A stretch of DNA of 64,000 bases from NCBI GenBank assembly GCA_050084985.1, contig JBITNC010000001.1, positions 45,942,001 through 46,006,000 on the forward strand, in the 5' to 3' direction. The DNA is from Nageia nagi. Lineage: Eukaryota; Plantae; Pinophyta. Below the pieces are notes generated by a model. The model saw nothing but the letters and a program-made list of their open reading frames with translations, had not been told where the DNA came from and did no database searches. Shown here in pieces: positions 15,070 through 27,892 of this stretch. A program made the position numbers and the translations under genes. Numbering within the stretch: position 1 is the first letter of the stretch; every line of letters begins with the position of its first letter.

Positions 15070-18000
15070 TGTAATGTCCCTAATTTTAAGAAACCTCATA
15101 GAAGGCATAACTTTCATCATAAATCTAGGATTAGAAATTTATATTTCAAAATAGATATAGAATCTTTTGCTAATGTATTTGATCGATTACATGATATGTT
15201 TTCATTAAGAAATAAGGTAGATATTGCATTTTGAAGTTCTTTAGTCGAGCTAGTCTTAGAACATCGCATGTATCAAAATCAATTAGGGAAAGTTTGCTAA
15301 AAGAAAATATTTTATTTCAAGATCAACCAAGATCATAAGTATTGGTATTTTCAAGGTAGAATTACCTATATAAGGAATATTAGAGCATAACTTAAGGACA
15401 TCATCTTATGCATTTGATGTTGTATCATTTGGAGCTTAAGGATGCTTCCCTTCTCTACCTTCTAGGGATTAAGGCTACTCCCTATCCTAAAAGTGGATCA
15501 TCTACACTTCAACAACACTTGGAGAGCTTGAACTAACCTTAAGGAGCATTCTAGATCTTGCAATAGCCATATTTGCCTATTGGTAACCATCTTGGGTCTT
15601 ATGCTAAGTTTGGAACCCCTATTGGATCTTGTATTAACATATTGGAGTCTAGTTTGAGCATTTTTGAGTCTTAGGATTTTCCCTAGAACTTGTAACAAGA
15701 TTGTAATAGCCTTATACTTATTCTTGGTTCATTATTGATGATATTGGCTCTCATATTGCATCTTGAATGTGAATGAATATTGCTACATATTTGTGCTATG
15801 ATTATATTGCTACATATTTATGTGAATGAATTCACATAGGAATGTATGCAAATTGAGTACTCTTGGAGCTATATTTCTGTTATGTTATAGATATGATTTG
15901 TACCCTAGTTTTGGTTATATTTGCATGTTATGAGAATTCTATATCAATTTTGGTTATTGTTGTTGCATATTAGTTTAAGGAATGATTTGTATTATTTATG
16001 AGCATGTTAATTGATTCCTTAGTTCAAGAATTGAAGTGGAATTGAATGCTAATTTGGATAAATCCTAGAAAGGTACATTACAGTGGTATTAAAGACATGA
16101 TCTTACCAGCCTATTTGGAATATTAAAGAAATCTCAAAAGGAAATGTCCCAATCATGGAGGGTTGGGATATAAATGAATTATTTAAGGAGTACAAAAAGA
16201 ATTATAAAACATTTAAAAGCATGGTAACCTTTGAAATTTATCTAAAAAATGCCTAAGGAAAAGAATAACCTATAGATTATTAAGAAATAAAATGAAAACA
16301 TAAGTCTTTCTTCTTGGTTATACAAGGTGCTAAACCTTGAACCACACATGGAGGAAGAGGTAGATGGCACCCCATCATAAGATATTACTAATAAGTAAGA
16401 ATATACCTCAGCTATAGAGGAACAAAAAATGGCACTATACCACTTGATCATGAAGGAGCTACCCAAGATTCATCATACATTTCTAATTTTAGATTTCCAT
16501 AGTTATATAAGATAGAAATTATTCATGAGATTTGTGAAAAAAATGAAGATGCCACTCAAACACAAGAAGTGCCTTTTGAAGGAAAGTCACAAGCAGAAGT
16601 TGAGGAAGAGTTTGAAGACCTATGGAGGATATATTTAGGGAAAATTTCTTAGAAGATGTTAAAAACATTATGACAAGTTCCAAAGATAAAATAAAATAAT
16701 TTCCACATGAGATTGTATTGGTGCATACATTTTATGGTGAAAGGAACACATTACTACAAAGGCATGCACCTAAGGATTTGGGAGTAGTTGAATATCATGA
16801 AGATGACTTGGGAAAAACTCACCTATAAGGAAATGACATGGAAAACTCATTGATGCATATGGTTGATTTGGATCATGAGCCTTATTTAGAAGAAGATATT
16901 TTCACCTTGACAAGTGAGGAATCAAGCCAAGAAGATATCATAGGGGTGGTTGATTCTAAGCTTACTAATGAAGAAGATGCTTTTCCATAAAAGGTATGTT
17001 TGGAATTCTAAAGTATTTCTTTTGAAATACTTATTGTTGAAGACAAATGTGATTTCATATATACCCATGATTTATGAAAAATATGCAAAAAGGGGTAGAA
17101 AGTTTTGTTTTTTTAGATCTAAAGTGGGAAAAAAAGATTGATAGGCATACAAGTGTAGGAAAATTTCTCATAAAGGAAAGTTTGAGTGATGTCCCTATAC
17201 CTTGTAAAGAAATTAAAATTGATTTTAAGTATTTGATCCAATGGATTTTGACCTTAGAGAGGAACATACATCCTCTAAGTCATATATGTCTTTTGTAAAG
17301 TTGGAGCTACAATAAGAATATCAATAAAAGGTATGAAATACATTCTATTATTTACATTTATTTAAACAATAGTATGTTGGTAACTCTTAACTTCCATAAG
17401 GACATTTGGGGAAATTCAATATGGGTAGTGAATGATTGGTCTTTTTTATGATGGGTAAAGTGGTGTTATTGACAAAATATAGGGTTGAGTTTGTAATGAT
17501 TAGATATACAATGAAATAAATATTGATGATTACAATTTCATCTTCTAGAGTGTTAGTTATGATGATGTGTTCGTTCATGATGATATCTACTGCTATTTTA
17601 ATAATGAATACTAAGGAATTTTGGGCTAACATTAAGGTGAATAAGACACTTTACTATTCACATATGAATTACTATAGTCATATGATTGTTTATGATGAAG
17701 AATGCTATAATTGTATGTGTTATGCTATTTGGTACTATTGAAGTTGCAGACATATGGTTTGAGATTGCATTCTTGATGACTATTGAATTTCTCAAAATTA
17801 GTTGGTATGCATTCTTCATGAAGGTTTAGTGATATATACTTGAATCATTAGAGCTAATTTTGTTGGATAGAGAAGGACTGATTTTCACATACATAAGTTG
17901 GTAGATTTTATGATTGTTGCATTGGGTTTCATTACCGCATTTAGTGTATATCAAGCTACAAAATCATTACTACTCAAGATAGTAGTTGAGAAGATATTTT

Positions 18001-21000
18001 TGGGGAAATTAGGAAACCAAACAAGGCTATTTAGGATTGATGCTATGTTGATTTTTAGAGAGGACATTTGGGTAAAGTTTAGGACTATATTAGCAAAAAA
18101 TGCAAACACAAACAAGATTGATCCTTTACTAATTTTTAGAGATAACTCTTGGACAATATTGAGGACTATTTTTAGTATGCATAAGATAAATTATGGGTTG
18201 ATTATAGTAGTTACACTTATTAGGACCATATAATAAGAATGTTAAGATGTTTAAAGCCTAGCCATGTTGTTTTTTGTATTTTGTATAAGGGTAAAAATAA
18301 AGCTACATTTCTTAGAGCTACCATAGTAATAAATGCTGTTAAGTTTGAGGATTCCATGCATGGTGATGCATCGCACTCCTCCAATACCTTTGGAATGAAT
18401 ATAATCTTTATTATTATTAGGTTTTCCAAATTCCTTAATTGTAATCCATAAGGAAAGAAGGAAATCAGTATTTGGGTACACTTAGAGAGTCGATACAACC
18501 AATAAGTAGTAACATAGAAAGAAAATTAGGTATGATCTATATAAAACCAAACCTATCATAATTTAACTTTGACATGAGGTAGTTTTAAGATGAGCATTGA
18601 AGAGTGTATATGGAGCTACATTCATTCTACTTTGATGTATTATTGTTCTTTAGCATCTAGGTTCTACATCTTACCTTGGCACAATGAGATCCTTTGCATG
18701 CATACATGGAAGAGAAGGCTTAAGAGCAAGGATAGTAATGAAAAAATATTAGTATGTAAAGGGATTGTAGCACATATATGGCTTGATGATGTATTAGTAC
18801 CATTGTCTATTTTTGATATTATTGATAAGAAACCTCCATCTTGGCAAGATGAAATTTTAGTTATAGTAGAATAGCTAAAGCATGATGGACTTCCATTGAG
18901 AATAATTTGGGAAATTTACAATAGTAGTATATTGAGTTTTATCTCACCTCTTTGGGATCCATTAAAGTTGGAATACAAGTAAGTTGGATACAATATCAAA
19001 TTTGGGAATGATAACATCATCAAAAAATAGTCTGAGTTCCATTACCATACTCAAATTTTGGATAACAAAATATGATGATACAAAGGAGATATATTTGCAA
19101 TGAAGACATTCATAATATATAATGTAAACCTATAGCATGGATGAGTCTTGATGATACTAATCAAGATGAAAAAATTTAAATGACACCTTTAGGTTTGGTT
19201 AACTTAGATTTTAGATTATATTTTATTAATAGATGCAATACTACTGATGAATTACCATGATGAGAAACTAAGCAATTGTTAGCGAATAGGTTCATTTATA
19301 CATAAAACAACCTTTAGACATGATGAGAAACTAAGCAAGGAGATTTTCCAAGAAATTGGAAGGTACCTATTCACTAACAAACTAAGAAAATCAACCTTGT
19401 TCTATACCAAGTCACTTTAGGCCTACATATTTTTATTCATTCTTCATAGTTCTATGGCATTTAGACATTAGGATCAACTTGGTAATAATACAAAAGGATT
19501 GAATATTGAAATGCATGTACCATCAATAACATTTTCTATCTCCATTTATTTGGATAGCCATTTCAATAATTGCATCCATTTGGCACCAATAAGGGACTAC
19601 TTTGAAGAATACTTGTACAACTTGACATCATACTTGAAAATAAGAGGTAATGAAGAGCATCACCTTTGGAGGTTCCTAAAATTACCAAGTGTGGTTGGAA
19701 AAGAAAGATATCCAATTATACCCACAACATTTAGGGATATTGATATTGCGAATATGGGGGAAAACTTAAGATTTCACAATTCGTACAAGAGTTTATTGGC
19801 TCCTATCTAAACTTATTTTTGATTGATTTATTCACTATTACTAATGGTTTGCTTCAAGCAGTTGCAAGAATTTATGAGAGACTAAGTATAGATTATGTTA
19901 GATAATTTGGATAGTCATCACTCATTATTTGGGAAAAACTAGACCTATTATGCATTACATCGAATATGATTTTCTCTTAATTTGAAGGCATTTTAGGGAA
20001 CATACTTGGTACAACATATGTATTCAATGGGATTTCTAAGTTCACTTGAGTTGCACCATAAAGTTGGAATAGTTTTGATGATACTATCTGCATTCATATC
20101 CATTCTTAGCATCATGGATACTTGGGAGAAGAAAGCACTACCTTGGCATGATGGATTTTTAATTAGACTAGTACCATAATAGCCTAGTGGATATTCTTTG
20201 GGATCTATTTGGATCATTATAATTAGATTCAACATGATGAAATTGAGATGTGTGTTTTCATTATTTAAGGATAAGCAATGTGAGGAGGGTGGACTTGTAA
20301 TATCCCTAATCTTGAGAAACTTCGTATAAGGCATAACTTTCATCATAAGTATGGGAGTATCAATTCATCTTTTGGAATGGATGATGAATCTTCTACCAAT
20401 TATTTTGATAGGTTATAAGACATTTTATCATAACAAAATGATAGATATATTGCACTTTGAAGTTCTCTAACCAAGCCATTCTTCAAAAGTCACACCCATT
20501 AGAATCAGCTAGGGAAAGTTGGCTAGAAGAAATATATTTTATTTCAAGATCAAATAAGATCATAATTATTAGTATTATCAAGGTAAAATCACCTATATAA
20601 GGAATACTAGAGCATCACTCAAGGACATAATCTTATGTATTTGATCTTGGATCATTCAAATCTTAGGGATGCTTCCTTCTCTACCTTTTAGGGCTTAGGG
20701 CTATTCCCTAGCTTACAAGTAGCTCATATACACTTCAACAACACTTAGAGAGCTTGCACTAGCCTTGAAGAGCATTTTAGAGTCTTTATCCAACCATATT
20801 ATCCTCTTAGAGACTTTTGCTAGCTATTGGGATTCATCTTAGGTCTTGTGCCAAGCTTGGGATCCATCTTGGACCTTGTTCTAGCCTATTAGAGCTTAGT
20901 TTGGGCATTCTTGAGTCTTGGACATTTCACTATAACTTTTAAAAGGCTTCTAATATCCCTATACTTATTCTTGGCTCATTATTGATTATATTAGCTCTCA

Positions 21001-21090
21001 TATTATGTGTTGAATGTGAATAAATGTTACTACATGTTTTTGCTATGCTTTTATCTTCATTATGTATGGGAATGTATGTGAATTGAGTAA

Positions 21091-22761
21091 TGCTTCAAAT
21101 AAAAGTGAGCTGTTTCAGGACCACTTAGACTTAAACATATATTAATTGAGTGTAGGTTCAACTAGATCCTATCACCAACTACAATAAAAGATTGGATAAA
21201 AACCACTAGGGAGGCTTTCTCAAGTCATCCTTTCAACAAAAGTAAGCTCAAATAAAGAGAACATAAATGGCTCAAGGTGGTATTAATAAACACTAGAGTA
21301 TGCCTAATGATGTCATTTTTGGAATGATGATACTTGGTTTAGCTTATTGGATCCGAGGTGATTTCAAAATTTCACTAAGCTATATGCATTATGGAAACAT
21401 GATGATCTTGGGAATTTCTAAAAAATTCAATGGTATTTATCTATCAAAATGTAGGGATCCTAGGTGTTTCACAATCTATAAGCATAAATTACAAAGTACA
21501 AAAGTTAGTCTTGATTACATAATGAAATAAGCCTATTGTATATATAGAGCATGAAAAGAATATTACAAAGCATTATGGGTATGTCTTTGGTTTGATAAGA
21601 AGAACAATGCTTGGAATGATTGATTCATAGCTTGCCCCAAGGCCAAGAACTCTTAAATCCTCTTCTTGAATGTTTGTTGAAGATTTTTGGATTTAGAAAC
21701 CTTCAAAATTTTCACTTCCAAGACTTAAGAATTAACAAATTTGAAGCTCAAATTTTGCATAAGTTACCAGACCAAAAACTTATATGTGAGCTTTCTTAAA
21801 TAGATTTTTGTAACATGTAAAATCTTGAATTTGAAATCCATACAAATTTCAATCCAAAATGACTATTGATTGATTGATTCTTGATTAAATTCAAATTGAA
21901 TGTGCATAGGATTTGATCCCATTTGATATGAGACAAATTGGGAATATAGTCATTCATTTTTCTTATATCTTATTTGCTAAACATATTTGGAACATAAGCA
22001 GTGACTCATCAATCTATAACTAGAGTCTTAGATCTTCTTGTTTTCTTACTAAATGAAACATTAATGACATGGCAAGGTGAGGTCTAAATTCTATCTAGAT
22101 ATTTTCTTGCAATTAAATAATAAATTAATTAGCCATATTAATAACATTAATAACATAAAGCAAATATTAAATTAATTCATATTCAACTAAGTAAAGTAAC
22201 TAATTAAATATAATCAATATGACTAATGTTAATTACAATTTTTAAATAAATGACTATGGTTCAAAATACAATAAACATGACTAAGTTTAATTACTCTTTG
22301 ACCACAAATGACTATGATAAAAAATGTAATTAATATGAGAAATATTAATTACCCTTTCCAAATGACTATGATCAAAATACAATAAATATGATTAAGTTTA
22401 ATTTTTCTAAGTATATGGTTATGATAAAAAACACAATAAACATAACTAAGTTTAATTGTATTTTCTAAGGTATTTCACAATGATAAAAAATACTTTTAAC
22501 ATGACTAATGTTAATTGCATTTTCTAAATATAAAGCTATGATCAAAATGTAATAAATATGACAAATATAAATTGCAATTTCCAAAGTAAATGAATATGAT
22601 AAATAAGCATTTAATGTGATAAATATTAATTTCAAATTAACTATGATATAAAAATAAATGATCATCGATGAAACATCATTAAATATAATCAAATTGATAA
22701 AGTAATTATAAAAGAGGTTTGAGCCAAATATAGCTCATCATGATAGATTTAGGTGTCTACA
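21091..22761 (-). repeat. 3' LTR of Ogre/Tat element, with a ~58-bp AT-rich tandem array at ~22219-22680
   Basis: Colinear with 36294-38025; array unit ATGACTAAGTTTAATTAC...TGACTATGATCAAAATACAATAAAC, ~8 copies. Confidence 0.9.
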
Positions 22762-23599
22762 TTTGGCCCTTTTTTATTTACATTTTGCCTAGGCTAAATG
22801 CAATGCAAAAATCTAATTTTTGTGTAATATGAGATGAATGTGATGTGATGGCTAACTTCCCTAAGTGATATGTGTGATCCCCCTCAAACATATTTTTTTC
22901 AATGAAAAGATGATATGGATGTCTTTTATATTGAAAGGGAAGAAAAAGGATAGAAAAATAAATTTAGAGGAAAAATGCAATGACATTTACAAGAACGCCA
23001 TAGCATTATAGAAACATGATTATGTTCCCAAAATGTACTAGCATTCCAAAAATGTTGTTAAGTTTAGGGAAAGGAAGAAAATGCGATAATATTTTTGATT
23101 AGGTGGGTTACAAAAAGGATAGGGTGAGCTAACTTGGCTCACTTTCATTTGTTCATTCTTGATAATCAAGCTCTAACCTACTGCTACTGATTAGATGAGA
23201 CTTAGTGACATGGCATAGTGACCCCATTAATAAAATAGGCTATGAGCCCTACAGGTTGGTGCCAAACCTTAATATTATAATTTAGTTGATTTTTTAAGTT
23301 AATTTAATTACACATATGTCTCAGGTAGGAAAATTAATATGAGGAGGAAATTATTTTAATGAAAAATGGCTAAAATAAATGGAAAATAGGGTAGGATACT
23401 AGAGAAAACATAGACATGTAGCTAGGGAATAAAAATTAACAAATTAGGCTAGATATATGATGAAAACAAGGTGAAAATATGGAAACATAGAGGGTACCCA
23501 TGTTTCCCAAAGGGAAATGATAGGGGTTCCCATATTTTTGACCTAAAAATGTAAGGGGATTGCATGTTTCACCTTGATTAGAAAGCAAAATGCCCTAAT

Positions 23600-25370
23600 C
23601 CTATGATTTTTGATATTGCTTGATTTTTGATTTATGACAAGAGGACAAACAAGTTCATATGGATCATCTCTTTCGATTGATCTAAGATCTATTGTAGATC
23701 ATGATGGAAGATGAGGATTAGGAATTACTTTTCTTAGTTGGGCTAGGATACATTGGGATGATGGATCTCATCACTTATAATAGCACCTATCTTACAATGT
23801 TGGTGGAGAGGTGGGATGCCTCCACCAACACTTCTATTTTGTTGATAGGAGAGTGTATCATAACTCTCAAGGATATATGGTATATCTTTAGGATTCACAT
23901 AGAGGGAGAGCCCATAATTGGGCTTAGGGAAGATGTTAAATAATATATGGTTATAATAGGAATGATCATACCTAACTGGTGAAGACTATGGTTGGGGTTA
24001 GGAGGATTTGATTATGAAGATGCCTACCAAGGAGGCATTTATGAGCCACATCTTGTGTTCATGATGGTCATCATTGTAACACATATCTATCCAGACTCTT
24101 TTGATAAGGATGATACCATTTTTATGTGGGCACAAAAACTAATAGAACTTGTCTAGAGAGAGCTAACTAATATTATACTTCAATGATAATGAGGGATGAC
24201 ATGCTTCCTTCTTGCCTAGATCTAGGGATGGGAGCACATTCAAGTGGGGAGGTTGGTAGGGATTCCTTATGATATTCATGTAGAGGCTGATGTAGGATGG
24301 GGAGACCTAGGATTAGAGGCACCATATGCATTAAGATGGGGTAGGGTGTATGAGCCATGTAGATGGTGACACCATATTGGGGATCTAACTTATTACCAAG
24401 ACATGGTCACATGCATGAGGCCACATGATTTTATTTGAAGGTCATACATGGATGACCCTAGTGGGTGAAGGATGGTTATAAGCTAACCAATATTAGAAGG
24501 TCGAGATGGTTGAGGACTCGATGAGGGGAGATTAAGTTTTTATATTTTGATATAGTCATGAGATAGTTTGGGCTAACTTAGGATTTTCCTGGGGAGCTTG
24601 AGGTATACAGTCATTTTAGAATTGATGGACTACCAACAATAGTCTACTTGGATATTAGACCTAAGATAGATCCTCTAGCTCTGATAGCAATGGTTATGGA
24701 TCATATAGTGATGACACCTTCATATGATTAGTTTTGTATGGAAATATTGGTAGTAATGACTCCCCCAATAGGTGGGGATGAAGGGGATGGTAGATGTAAT
24801 GGTACAATAGCAAGTGATGATGTGGTTGGAAGTGTGGTAGTAGGGTGGCTATGCATGGGGATGTAGGAGGTAGGGGTGATGGCAAAGATGGTCAAGATGG
24901 TGTATGGGATGGTGGGTGGGATGGAGGAGATGGAGGCCATGATAATTGGAATTTTGATGAGGGTATCAGGGGTTGGGGGGATACTAACATGTCAGATGCA
25001 TTAGCAAGTCTTCCTATTGGATAAGAGGGAGGATATATGATAATCAAGGTGTACAGAAAACAAATTGTGAGACCAAAGAGTGAGCTATCTACAACCCAAC
25101 AATGGATCACTACTTTGGAGTAAACTATTGATGGGTAGTCTATTCACCTTAGATGAATGAATGATATTGTAGCTATTTATGAGGAGTTTGAGAGGATTCA
25201 ACATCTACTTCCAATGGTGTCGACTCCCTTGAGGATAGGGGCCAGCCAAGGGATTCATAGGACCCCTACAATGACACAAGAATTATAGTACCATATAGGG
25301 AAATTAAGTTGATCACACCATCACTCATCTCATATGACCAGCTTGCATCCGAGGAGGCAAAGTTCAGTAG
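23600..25370 (+). pseudogene. Antisense PMD-domain extra ORF of the Ogre/Tat element (decayed), with a Gly/Asp-rich C-terminal region
   Basis: ORF 23758-23943 contains LTMLVERWDASTNTSILLIGECIITLKDIWYIFRIHIEGEPI (PMD core); downstream MVIIVTHIYPD. Ends approximate. Confidence 0.85.
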
Positions 25371-27892
25371 AGATGCATATTTTGATTGTACTATATATAA
25401 TGTACTATATGTATTATTGTTTTGATGGATAGGAGGTCATTTTCATGTATATATGCCTATATGTTGATGCATGTGTATGTGGTTTATGGTGTTATCATTT
25501 TGCTATATGCATGATTTATGATGTGTGGATTTCTAGATGCATGATTTATGATGTATGCCTATATGATATGGATGCTTTATATACTATGTTTTCATAGATG
25601 CTATGCATGTTTTAGATGTATGATCTATGTTTTATGCTTATTATGATTTAGAATATGTTTCGATGTGATGATGCAATGCTATAAATTTAAATGCTTCTTT
25701 GAACTATGAATGTTTGGAAAAACAAACATGTATGGATAATCACATTTAAAAATAGACAAACATAGCATATAAACAAGACAAAAAAATGAATAAAAAGATA
25801 AAAAAGTAACAATGATAAAAAAGATTTACAAAATAATAATGACAAAAAATATAAAAATATGATAAAAAGATAACAATATAATGATAAAAATCATCATGAA
25901 ACAATCAAATGAAAATGACAAGTAAAATAATAATAAATGTTTTCATAAGATAAAAATACTTATGTTTAAAAAGATAAGACTTAAAAGACTAAATAATTTG
26001 ACAAAAAAGAATATAGGATCAATGAATTATAACAATCAAAATGGATGAAAATGAGATATAATGATAACAAGTGAAATAAAAAAGTAAAAATACATAAAAT
26101 TTGTTCACAAATGAATACCTAAAATGATGTAAAAAGAGACCCTAAAAAGATGTTAAATACATGATAAAAGGGATCAAATTACACACTCAAAATGTAAATT
26201 TAAGTGAAAAATAATGAAATGTAAAAATACTGATTCAAAAAGGTTATATAAATACAACTAAAATGAACCAAAATAAAACTTTGATAATTTTAACAATTTT
26301 GAGAAAGTAAAAAATGACCAACTTTGATGATAAAAATAAGCAACTACCATGCCAGTTTGACAAACAAGCTTGATAATAGGATATACGGATGAAACATCTA
26401 AGTGGTCAAAAATATGTCCTAAAAAATGAAGGTCATTTGATCTATTTTTGAAGCTAAAATTGAAGCCAATTTTGACTTTGTAAAAACCCTTTAGTGCTCA
26501 TTGAAAGTGCACCATTTCAAGTGGGATTCTATTTGACTTTCAAAAAGATATCAAATGATAAAATTAGATTATGAAAATTATTGGAATTATTGATAGTATA
26601 TCAAAGACCAACTAGAAACTAAAAAAATGAAAAACATATTTAATTTGACAACCTTAAAACTAGCAAACCAAAGGCAACTTTTTAAGATGTCAAATTTCAA
26701 GACCTTTGGTCCTAAAACAAAATGGACTTGGAAATGATTACAAAGAAAGTCAAAATAACTTGATAAGGTATAGTAAAACATAATAAGACAAGTTTACAAG
26801 ACATAGTGATCAAATGACTCAAATCAATATAACTTGAAAAAATGACCAAAGTGGCCAAGTAGCCCACTTTGAAAGGCAAAACAAGGCATATAGGACAATA
26901 AAAACACAATGAAACCTATATAATGTGACCACATATAGAATTTTGTAGTGAAAAAAATAAGTTGTATAAGAAACCAACATGGTTAAGCAAGTTTTTAAAC
27001 ATCAAATGAAAAGCAAAAAATTCAAAGTGTAAGAAGATGTAAAGTGCAAATATCAACAAAGTAAGACAAAATGAATTAAAAATTGACATAGGAAAACATA
27101 AATAAGATCAAATAATATTACAAAATAAAAAGTGAAAATAAGAAAAGTGAAAATGGATTTGAGGCTAACTTCCATCTTAATGTGTAGAATGAGCTCTTTT
27201 GCATAACAACTTTCAATTGTTGCTAAGGAATGTCATTCAATGGCCACAAAATATGGATGCAATGATAAATGATGGAGAAAAATAATGTGGGAAGAAAAAA
27301 ATGACATGATGCAAAAAGGAAAAGAGGCAAGGAATGAGTTCCATCTTAATGTGTAGGACATGCTCTAGCTCCATATCAGACTAAGTAGAAGGTAATCTCC
27401 AATCGTCCATGACATGATTAATAATATATATATATATATACATACATACATACATATAATATATATATATATATATACAAGTGCTAACAAAATAAATATA
27501 AGAGGACATAACTAGACTATGTTTGAATAGGAGATGAGTGACTTGTGATTCCCATGCAACCAAAAAAGGTAGGATGACATTAAAAAGTGGAAAAACACTA
27601 AATATTGACTCCAAATGCAATGATCTAAAGTGATGATACAAGATAAGTGATAGATGAAAAGGAACCTTGAGCTACTTGCTATATCTCTTGAAAACCTTTT
27701 CATAATGCTAAGATAAGATAAAAGGAGGATTATGATTGGTGACGAAAGACATGATATGCAAGACTCTTTTTGTATTTTATATTTTCTATTTTTTTTTTAC
27801 TTTTAATATGTTTTAATTTTTGTATTACTTTCTATTTTTTTATTATTTTTGGTAAAATATTTTCTAAATATTTTAAAGGTTGCTAGTGATGT

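Noticed and set aside
18590-18874. IWLDDV resembling the NB-ARC kinase-2 motif
   Set aside because: No P-loop, GLPL or other NLR motifs nearby; too short to support.
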